Assembly: GCA_963827755.1 (NCBI GenBank)
Contig: CAWHCQ010000029.1
Location: 1 to 16,233 of the forward strand
Direction: 5' to 3'
Length of the DNA stretch: 16,233 bases
Source: an uncultured Gammaproteobacteria bacterium
GTDB taxonomy: Bacteria; Pseudomonadota; Gammaproteobacteria; UBA9214
The notes under the pieces were generated by a model that was not told the DNA's origin, searched no databases, and worked only from the letters and a program-made list of their open reading frames with translations. Both the position numbers and the translations under genes were made by a program. This document shows, in pieces, positions 1-6,822 of the stretch; the first letter of the stretch is position 1, and every line of letters begins with the position of its first letter.

Positions 1-1527
1 CTGCAACAACTCTGCAGCACGCTCGGTGTGAAAACCGGTGTACCGCGTGCCGATGGCCGGGTCACGGTTGACACCACTTCCTGCACCGGCATCTGCGACC
101 AGGGACCCGCCATGCTGGTCAATGGCGAGGTAGTCAGCCGGCTTGACAGCAGCCGTATCGAGCAAGTCTGCACGTTGATCGAGTCAGGTACCGAAGTCTC
201 ACAATGGCCGGCCGAATTTTTCCAGGTTGAAGACAATATCCGGCGGCGTGATCTGTTGCTCGCGGATGAAACCGGGGTCGCCAGCCCCGATGGCAGCGCC
301 CTGCGTGCGCTGCTTGAAAGCAGTGACGATGCCATGCTCGATGTCATCGAAAAATCCGGACTGCGCGGCCGCGGTGGCGCGGGCTTCCGCACCGGCATGA
401 AATGGCGTTTCTGCAAACAGGCCAAAGGCGATAACCATTACGTCGTGTGTAATGCCGACGAAGGTGAACCCGGCACCTTCAAGGACCGGGTCCTGCTGAA
501 CAGCTACGCCGACAGTGTTTTCGAGGGCATGACCCTGTGCGCCGGCGTGATCGGCGCACGTCATGGCTATCTCTACCTGCGCGGCGAGTACCGCTACCTG
601 CTCGCGCCGCTGGAACGTGTGCTGCAACAACGCCGTGAAAACGGCCTGCTTGGGCAAGGCATACTCGGCAAGCACGGCTTCGACTTCGACATCGAAATCC
701 ACCTCGGTGCCGGCGCCTATATCTGCGGCGAGGAATCGTCGCTGATCGAATCACTGGAAGGCAAGCGCGGCATCCCGCGTAACCGTCCGCCCTTTCCGGT
801 GACGCACGGCTACCTGAATCAACCAACCGTGGTCAACAACGTCGAGACCTTCATGGCCGCCGCCAAAATTGCCGCACTGGGCGCCGACTGGTTCTGCAGT
901 GCCGGTACAGCAGAGTCCACCGGCACCAGGCTGCTCAGCATCAGCGGCGACTGCGAACGCCCCGGCATCTACGAATATCCGTTCGGCGTCACCATCAAAC
1001 AGGTTCTCGAAGACTGCGGCGCAAAAGATACCCAGGCAGTGCAGATTGCCGGCGCGGCAGGCACCACCCTGCCGATGGCGGATAGCGGACGCTGCATCGC
1101 CTTCGAGGACGTCTCGACCGGCGGCTCGTTCATGGTATTCAACAACGAGCGCAAGCTGCTCGACATGGTGCAGAACTTTGCGCATTTCTTCGTGCACGAA
1201 AGCTGCGGTTTCTGTACACCCTGCCGCGTCGGTGGTTCGCTGTTAAAGGACCTGGTCGACAAGCTCGTCAACGGACATGCCACGCAGTACGATGTTGAAG
1301 AAATGAAACAGCTCGGCGCCCTGATGAAAAACACCAGCCACTGCGGCCTTGGCACCACTGCGCCAAACCCGGTGCTCGACTTGCTGAACCGGTTTCCACA
1401 CCTGGTCGAAGACCGGCTTGCCCACAGCGGCTACGAGCCGGCGTTCGATCTCGATGCTGCCCTGCAGGAAGCGCGAGACATTACCGGACGTGATGATGCC
1501 GGCGCACACATCGGAGGCAATTCGTGA
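1..1527 (+). CDS. hoxF: NAD-reducing [NiFe]-hydrogenase diaphorase large subunit HoxF (NuoE/NuoF-like), 5'-truncated by the window edge
   Basis: Frame is open from base 1 (LQQLCSTLGVKTG...), so the GTG at 28 is internal. Motifs: thioredoxin-like CTGICDQGPA, FMN/NAD motifs GLRGRGGAGF, CNADEGEPGTFKDR and GAGAYICGEES, and [4Fe-4S] ESCGFCTPCRVG...CGLG. Lies upstream of hoxUYH. Confidence 0.95.
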   Translation: MQQLCSTLGVKTGVPRADGRVTVDTTSCTGICDQGPAMLVNGEVVSRLDSSRIEQVCTLIESGTEVSQWPAEFFQVEDNIRRRDLLLADETGVASPDGSALRALLESSDDAMLDVIEKSGLRGRGGAGFRTGMKWRFCKQAKGDNHYVVCNADEGEPGTFKDRVLLNSYADSVFEGMTLCAGVIGARHGYLYLRGEYRYLLAPLERVLQQRRENGLLGQGILGKHGFDFDIEIHLGAGAYICGEESSLIESLEGKRGIPRNRPPFPVTHGYLNQPTVVNNVETFMAAAKIAALGADWFCSAGTAESTGTRLLSISGDCERPGIYEYPFGVTIKQVLEDCGAKDTQAVQIAGAAGTTLPMADSGRCIAFEDVSTGGSFMVFNNERKLLDMVQNFAHFFVHESCGFCTPCRVGGSLLKDLVDKLVNGHATQYDVEEMKQLGALMKNTSHCGLGTTAPNPVLDLLNRFPHLVEDRLAHSGYEPAFDLDAALQEARDITGRDDAGAHIGGNS

Positions 1528-2267
1528 GCGACACTAATACTTTTACACTCGACGGCATTGCCATAGAATTCAGCGACGGCGACACCATCATGGATGCCGC
1601 GCTGCGGGCCGGCGCCTACATACCGCACCTCTGCCATAACCCCGAATTCACACCGCACGGCAGCTGCCGTGTGTGCATCGTCGAGGTCAATGGCCGCCAG
1701 GTGTCCGCCTGTACCCACCCGGCAGCCGCGGGACTGGAGGTGGACAACGGTTCCGATGCCATCGTCGAGGAGCGCCGCAACCTGCTGCAGATGTTGTTCG
1801 TCGAGGGCAACCATGTGTGTCCCGGCTGTGAAAAAAGCGGAGCCTGCCAGCTGCAGGCCGTGGCCTATTACACCGGCATGCTGTCGCCTCACTACACCCA
1901 TTTTTTCCCGCAGCGCTCCGTGGATGCCTCGCATCCGGATACCGCGATTGATTTCAACCGCTGCATCCTGTGCGAACTGTGCGTACGCGCCAGCCGCGAT
2001 GTTGACCACAAGAACGTGTTCTCCATCAGTGGCCGCGGCATTGGCAGCCAGCTGACGATTAACTCGCCCAGCGGCAAACTCGGCGACAGTACTTTCAGCG
2101 CCAGCGACAAGGCCGCCCATGTCTGCCCGGTCGGTGCGATCCTGCCCAAACACCGCGGTTACGACCAGCCCATCGGTGAGCGCCTCTATGACAGGCAGCC
2201 GATCAGCATCGTCGGCGATGTCGCCGCACACGAACCCGACGACCAGGGAGATGGACATGGCGGATAA
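1524..2267 (+). CDS. hoxU: NAD-reducing hydrogenase diaphorase small subunit HoxU (NuoG N-terminus-like)
   Basis: IPHLCH, GSCRVC, HVCPGCEKSGACQLQ, RCILCELCVRA and VCPVGA Fe-S motifs. GTG start overlaps the hoxF stop (GTGA), with GGAGG just upstream. Confidence 0.93.
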   Translation: MSDTNTFTLDGIAIEFSDGDTIMDAALRAGAYIPHLCHNPEFTPHGSCRVCIVEVNGRQVSACTHPAAAGLEVDNGSDAIVEERRNLLQMLFVEGNHVCPGCEKSGACQLQAVAYYTGMLSPHYTHFFPQRSVDASHPDTAIDFNRCILCELCVRASRDVDHKNVFSISGRGIGSQLTINSPSGKLGDSTFSASDKAAHVCPVGAILPKHRGYDQPIGERLYDRQPISIVGDVAAHEPDDQGDGHGG

Positions 2268-2796
2268 AATCAGGGTCGCAACTGCGTCATTGTGCGGCTG
2301 TTTCGGCTGTCACATGTCGCTGCTGGATATCGATGAACGCATTATTGAGCTGGTGCAGCTGGTGGAATTCGACCGTTCACCGATCACCGATATCAAGACG
2401 GTCGGTGATTGCGATATCGGCCTCATCGAGGGCGGCGTCGCCAACGCAGAAAACGTCGAAGTGCTGCGCGAATTCCGCAAGCATTGCAAGGTGCTGGTGG
2501 CGGTGGGTGCCTGCGCGGTAAACGGCGGCATACCGGCGATGCGCAATTCATTCGAGCTGAAGGAATGCCTCGAGGAGGCCTATATCGACGGCATCGGCGT
2601 GGTCAACCCGCAGATACCGAATGACGTGGAAATCCCGATGCTGCTGAACAAGGTGCACCCGATTCACGAGGTGGTCAAGGTTGACCATTTCCTGCCCGGC
2701 TGCCCGCCATCGGCTGATACGATCTGGACATTCCTGACCGAACTGATCGAAGGCAAGCCGGTCAGCTTTCCTTATGAACAGATCCATTATGATTAG
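2257..2796 (+). CDS. hoxY: NAD-reducing hydrogenase small subunit HoxY
   Basis: CGCFGCHMS, IEGG, VGACAVNGG and LPGCPP motifs. Start moved from the ORF-track 2119 to ATG 2257 (GGGAG at 2246-2250); ATG 2251 is an alternative. Confidence 0.93.
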   Translation: MADKIRVATASLCGCFGCHMSLLDIDERIIELVQLVEFDRSPITDIKTVGDCDIGLIEGGVANAENVEVLREFRKHCKVLVAVGACAVNGGIPAMRNSFELKECLEEAYIDGIGVVNPQIPNDVEIPMLLNKVHPIHEVVKVDHFLPGCPPSADTIWTFLTELIEGKPVSFPYEQIHYD

Positions 2797-2812
2797 CGGA
2801 CCTGACTCCATG

Positions 2813-2904
2813 GCAGGTTCGGATTCGCTCGACCACCCGCATTGGCTGAATAAATTCGGCCTTACAGGTGCAAGCTGTCAGGTAGGGTCGAATTCATTCG
2901 ACCA
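2813..2904. repeat. Cluster of three REP-like palindromes (GTAG family): 2813-2835 (+, degenerate), 2843-2865 (-), 2882-2904 (+)
   Basis: 2882-2904 reads GTAG-GGTCGAAT-TC-ATTCGACC-A. The reverse complement of 2843-2865 is GTAAGGCCGAATTTATTCAGCCA. 2813-2835 reads GCAGGTTCGGATTCGCTCGACCA. Confidence 0.75.
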
Positions 2905-2959
2905 GCAGGTGTAACCTGTTAATGAACATATACTGATTTATTTTCCAAGGAACCCAGTG

Positions 2960-4453
2960 ATGACATCAAACCTCGAAACCGCCGCCAACCCGGAAAAACT
3001 CGAACGCATCGTGATCGAGCCGCTGACCCGTGTCGAGGGTCACGGCAAGGTGACACTGCTGCAGGATGAGAACCTGCAAATCAAGCAGGCGCGGCTGCAT
3101 ATCGTCGAGTTCCGTGGCTTCGAGAAGTTCATCCAGGGCAGGCCCTACTGGGAACTGCCGGTGCTGGTACAGCGCCTCTGCGGCATCTGCCCGGTCAGCC
3201 ACCACCTTGCCGCGGCCAAGGCCACCGACATGCTGGTCGGCACCACACAGCTGACACCGACAGCCGAGAAGATCCGTCGCCTGATGCACTATGGCCAGAC
3301 CCTGCAGTCGCACGCGCTGCATTTTTTCCATCTGTGCTCACCTGACCTGCTGTTCGGTTTCGATGACGATATCCGCCACCGTAATATTGTCGGTGTCATC
3401 GAAGACAATCCGGACATCGCCAAACAGGGCGTACTGTTGCGCAAGTACGGCCAGGAAGTCATTCGACTTACCTCCGGCAAGCGTATTCACGGCACCGGTG
3501 CGATCCCGGGTGGTGTCAACAAATCACTGAACCGCGAAGAAGTCGACTACCTGCAAAAAGACATCGAGCAGATGGTGCAGTGGGGCCAGGACGCGGTCGA
3601 ACTGATTAAACGCATTTTCTTCGAACACCTCGATTACCACATGGCCTTCGCCACGATCGATACCAATATGCTGAGCATGATCGGCGCGAATGGTGAATTC
3701 GACATCTACCACGGCGGGCTGCGTGCGCGGGACGCGGACGGCGGCACGATTTTCGACCACGTCGATTACAGCCGTTACGCCGACTACATCCGCGAAGGGG
3801 TGAAGAACTGGAGCTACATGAAGTTTCCGTTCATCGAGGCCCTCGGCGCAGAAAACGGCTGGTACCGGGTCGGGCCGCTGGCACGCGTGAACAACTGCGA
3901 TTATTTCAGTACGCCGCTGGCCGAAGAGCAGCGCAAACTCTTCAAGGAAGCCGCTGGCGGCCAGCCCGTACAGGCCACGCTCGCGTTCCACTGGGCGCGC
4001 CTGATCGAACTGCTGTACTGCACCGAGGCCATCCGGGAACTGCTGCTGGACCCCGACATCAGCGGCACAGACCTGCTCAACAAGGGTGAACTGCAGAGCT
4101 GCGGCATCGGCGTGATCGAGGCACCTCGCGGCACCCTGTTTCACCACTACGAGATGGATGATGACGGCATCGTCAACAAGGCCAACCTGATCGTCTCCAC
4201 CACCAATAATAACCAGGCAATGAACGAGTCCATTCGCCAGGTCTCGGGCATGTACCTCGATGGCAAGCAGTTGACTGAACCGATGCTGAATCAGATTGAA
4301 GTCGCGATTCGTGCCTATGATCCCTGTCTGTCATGCGCCACGCACGCAATGGGCAAAATGCCACTGGAAGTCATCCTCGTAAACGAACAGGACGAAGTCA
4401 TCGACAGGCTCGAAAAGCGCTCCACGGGAGAGATACGGCGTACAGTTTCCTGA
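2960..4453 (+). CDS. hoxH: [NiFe]-hydrogenase group 3d large subunit HoxH
   Basis: TRVEGHG, RGFEKF, L1 QRLCGICPVSH, EAPRGTLFHHY and L2 AYDPCLSCATH followed by a cleavable C-terminal extension. AAGGA at 2947-2951; ATG 2960 (GTG 2957 is an alternative). Confidence 0.96.
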   Translation: MTSNLETAANPEKLERIVIEPLTRVEGHGKVTLLQDENLQIKQARLHIVEFRGFEKFIQGRPYWELPVLVQRLCGICPVSHHLAAAKATDMLVGTTQLTPTAEKIRRLMHYGQTLQSHALHFFHLCSPDLLFGFDDDIRHRNIVGVIEDNPDIAKQGVLLRKYGQEVIRLTSGKRIHGTGAIPGGVNKSLNREEVDYLQKDIEQMVQWGQDAVELIKRIFFEHLDYHMAFATIDTNMLSMIGANGEFDIYHGGLRARDADGGTIFDHVDYSRYADYIREGVKNWSYMKFPFIEALGAENGWYRVGPLARVNNCDYFSTPLAEEQRKLFKEAAGGQPVQATLAFHWARLIELLYCTEAIRELLLDPDISGTDLLNKGELQSCGIGVIEAPRGTLFHHYEMDDDGIVNKANLIVSTTNNNQAMNESIRQVSGMYLDGKQLTEPMLNQIEVAIRAYDPCLSCATHAMGKMPLEVILVNEQDEVIDRLEKRSTGEIRRTVS

Positions 4454-4507
4454 CCGGGAACGAACCATGCAAATGAACGAGCCAGATCGTCCGGCTGGAT
4501 CAGCATT

Positions 4508-4530
4508 GTAGGGCCGAATTCATTCGGCCA
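4508..4530 (+). repeat. REP-like palindrome (GTAG family)
   Basis: GTAG-GGCCGAAT-TC-ATTCGGCC-A; differs from the 2882 copy only by a compensatory T-A to C-G stem change. Confidence 0.8.
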
Positions 4531-4537
4531 TCAACCC

Positions 4538-5008
4538 ATGCAACAGCATTGTATCAAGCCGGACCTTGTTTTCACCTGGGGCAACCCTTCGCGCGGCGAT
4601 GATGCACTCGGTCCGGCGATGTATGAACTATTGCTGCAGGAAGATTTCAACGCTGTCGATCTGCTCACCGACTTCCAGCTGCAGATTGAACACTGCATCG
4701 ACCTCGAAGCTCGCAAGCGCGTGCTGTTCGTGGATGCGAGCATATCGGCAAACGCACCATTCGAGCTTGTTTGCTTGCAGCCGGAACAGGACACCAGCTA
4801 TACCACGCATGCGATGAGCCCGCAGGCACTGTTGTCCGTATACCGGCAGGTCAATGGCAGCATGCCGCCACCGGCCTGGCTGCTGTCCATCCGCGGTTAC
4901 GAATTCGGCCTCGGGCTGCCGCTGTCAGCGGCAGCGAACAAAAACCTGCTGGCGGCGTTCGACCATGTAAAGCAGTTTCTTGACCCTGCCCGACTGGCAT
5001 CACGCTAA
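4538..5008 (+). CDS. hoxW: Hydrogenase maturation endopeptidase (HoxW/HycI family)
   Basis: GNPSRGDDALG, VLFVDAS and TTHAMSP motifs; directly follows hoxH. The start lacks a clear SD. Confidence 0.88.
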   Translation: MQQHCIKPDLVFTWGNPSRGDDALGPAMYELLLQEDFNAVDLLTDFQLQIEHCIDLEARKRVLFVDASISANAPFELVCLQPEQDTSYTTHAMSPQALLSVYRQVNGSMPPPAWLLSIRGYEFGLGLPLSAAANKNLLAAFDHVKQFLDPARLASR

Positions 5009-5335
5009 CTATCCAGACAGCTGACCTGAATCTTGATGGGGCCGGCATCCAGTTCGTTGCGGGCAAACAATCCGGGTCCGGGATGCGTGGCAGTGTTGCT
5101 GCCTCACATGGCTTCAGGGCACAGCATGTCTTCAGGCGAACCTCTCTGGATGAACCCTTGCACAGGGCAACAGGCAACCGGCCCGGCAGATGGTCTTTGC
5201 CGTCTACACTGTGGGTTTCAGCACGCTGAGACGCTGACGCCTGCTGTAGCCGGAGCGATAGCCGCTCTGGTAATTCAAACCTGTGCCGAGCCGGCTGCCG
5301 TTCGACGGTCTGAAAATTAGTCCAGGGCTGCGTGT

Positions 5336-5500
5336 TAAATATTGTATTAGAACGATTTTAATATTTTTCGGGCTTTATCCTGTGGCACAAGCTGACCCCC
5401 GCCGAACTCGCTGGCTATTCCCCTCTAACAATAAATTACTTATGTGCCTATAAGTAAAATGATTATTGTATTATAAGAAAATATTAATATACTTATTATC
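5336..5500 (+). promoter_or_regulatory. AT-rich promoter/operator region of the Sgp-like gene
   Basis: Palindrome TTACTTAT-N6-ATAAGTAA (5436-5457) nested within ACAATAA/TTATTGT (5428-5469). Candidate TTGTAT(5466-5471)-16-TATACT(5488-5493). Confidence 0.55.
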
Positions 5501-5570
5501 CATCCGGGTGTGGTGTTTCCGGAAAGAATTTTCGACCTGTTTTTTTACCTTACTTAATGGAGATAAAATC

Positions 5571-6500
5571 ATGAAAAAGCTTGCTACGGTAATTTCCGCT
5601 GTATCGATAGCCGTCGCCTCCGCGTCCGTTTCTGCGTGGGGCTGGGGTGACAACGGCTGGGGTAACAACGGCTATGGAGACGGTTTCGGCGACGGCGTCT
5701 TCGACGGTGATTTCGGTTTCAACATGGGCTTCAGCGGTCGCGGTCACGGTCGTGGCTATGGTCGCGGTTATAACGGTTACAACGGCTACAATGGTTATGG
5801 CCCTTACGGCTATGCTCCTTACGCCGCACCGGTTGCCCCTGCAGCGATGACGGAAGAGCAGCAGCAGGCGATGGCCGACCAGCAGGCAGCGATTGCTGAC
5901 CAGCAGGCGAAGTATGTTGAACAGATGCAGGCTGCCCAGAAGCAGGCTGCCGAGTTCTATGCCAGCCAGCCGGCTCCTGTCTACAGCGCACAGCCTGCAA
6001 TGTATGGCGATGACTTCATACGCAAGATGGATGAAGAGCGTGCTGCACGTATGAAAGAAATGGACGCCCGCATGGAAGAGTCCCGCAAGGCTGCTGAACA
6101 GCGCCATTCCGGGTTCTATGCAAACCGTCCGGCTCCTGCTTTTGACGTTCAGCCTGCTGTCTATGGCGACGACTTCATGCAAAAGATGGACGAAGAGCAT
6201 GCTGCTCGTGTCAAGGAAATGGACGCCCGCATGGAAGAGTCCCGCAAGGCTGCTGATCAGCGTGATGCCGGGTTCTATGCAAACCAGCCGGCACCGGCAT
6301 TTGGCGTACAGCCTGCCATGTATGGCGATGACTTCATGCGCAAGATGGATGAAGAACGTGCTGCCCGCAGGCAGGAAATGGATGCCCGCATGGAAGAGTT
6401 CCGCAAGGCCTCTGATCTGCGTCACAAGGAAGCGCAGGAGCGTTTCGATTCACGTATGAAAGAACGCGGCGCCAGGATTGCCGACAAGAACTGTGCGTAA
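5571..6500 (+). CDS. Secreted sulfur globule protein-like protein (SgpA/B-type N-terminus) with C-terminal 3x53-aa coiled-coil repeats, 309 aa
   Basis: GGAG at 5559-5562 before ATG 5571. Sec signal [22 protein letters not shown], then W/G/Y/D-rich WGWGDNGWG...[28 protein letters not shown]...GYAPYAAP, resembling (from memory) Allochromatium SgpB. Confidence 0.75.
   Translation: MKKLATVISAVSIAVASASVSAWGWGDNGWGNNGYGDGFGDGVFDGDFGFNMGFSGRGHGRGYGRGYNGYNGYNGYGPYGYAPYAAPVAPAAMTEEQQQAMADQQAAIADQQAKYVEQMQAAQKQAAEFYASQPAPVYSAQPAMYGDDFIRKMDEERAARMKEMDARMEESRKAAEQRHSGFYANRPAPAFDVQPAVYGDDFMQKMDEEHAARVKEMDARMEESRKAADQRDAGFYANQPAPAFGVQPAMYGDDFMRKMDEERAARRQEMDARMEEFRKASDLRHKEAQERFDSRMKERGARIADKNCA
5955..6431 (+). 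repeat. Intragenic tandem repeat, 3 x 159 bp (53 aa)
   Basis: Units start TTCTATGC at 5955, 6114 and 6273. Consensus is approximately [53 protein letters not shown]. A 41-bp block is identical at 6057-6097 and 6216-6256. Confidence 0.97.
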
Positions 6501-6550
6501 GTACTAGCCCGGTTCGCAACCGGTACCTCATGTACCGGCTGGTATCAGGA

Positions 6551-6586
6551 AAGGGGTGTGCGGGTTGACCGCACGCCCCTTTTTTT
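6551..6586 (+). terminator. Rho-independent terminator of the Sgp-like gene
   Basis: AAGGGGTGTGCGG-GTTGA-CCGCACGCCCCTT stem-loop running into a T-tract (6580-6586). Confidence 0.9.
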
Positions 6587-6739
6587 ATTGGTCAGGGGCT
6601 CATGGAGCAAGCACGTTGCTCTCTTGCACAGCCGGGTCTCACGCTTAATCGCCTGTTGTTGCTTGATATTTTCAGGACTTGTGTTGGAAGCAGGGGGTGT
6701 GGTGTTGCGGGGGCTGTTATTGAACGGTTTTCTGGCGAA

Positions 6740-6768
6740 TAGGCATGCCGTGATTGAACTATTATACT
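6740..6768 (+). promoter_or_regulatory. Candidate sigma70 promoter for asmA
   Basis: TAGGCA(6740-6745)-17-TATACT(6763-6768); the -35 match is weak. Confidence 0.3.
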
Positions 6769-6822
6769 GTGATGCGTCTTTCGAGCACCTCGAACCTGTC
6801 TTGAATTATCAAGGGAATTAAC

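Noticed and set aside
2119-2256. ORF-track upstream start for hoxY (likewise 12054 for rfbC and 13558 for rfbB)
   Set aside because: These overlap the preceding genes extensively; the downstream ATGs have SD sequences or stop/start coupling and match family N-termini.
4310-4350. Selenocysteine ([NiFeSe]) variant of HoxH
   Set aside because: The L2 motif DPCLSC is encoded by TGT/TGC codons with no in-frame TGA.
5033-5320. 95-aa + strand ORF after hoxW (and 6558-6821 before asmA)
   Set aside because: No SD or recognisable motifs and atypical composition; the second starts inside the terminator.
5330-5340. dif/XerD-like half site GCGTGTTAAAT
   Set aside because: Only a partial match to TTATGTTAAAT, with no XerC arm at the correct spacing.
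5383-5398. Sigma54 promoter at TGGCAC
   Set aside because: No TTGC -12 element at the required spacing (the sequence there reads GACC).
5466-5570. 35-aa N-terminal extension of the Sgp-like ORF from TTG 5466
   Set aside because: It runs through the AT-rich promoter; ATG 5571 has an SD and begins a clean signal peptide.
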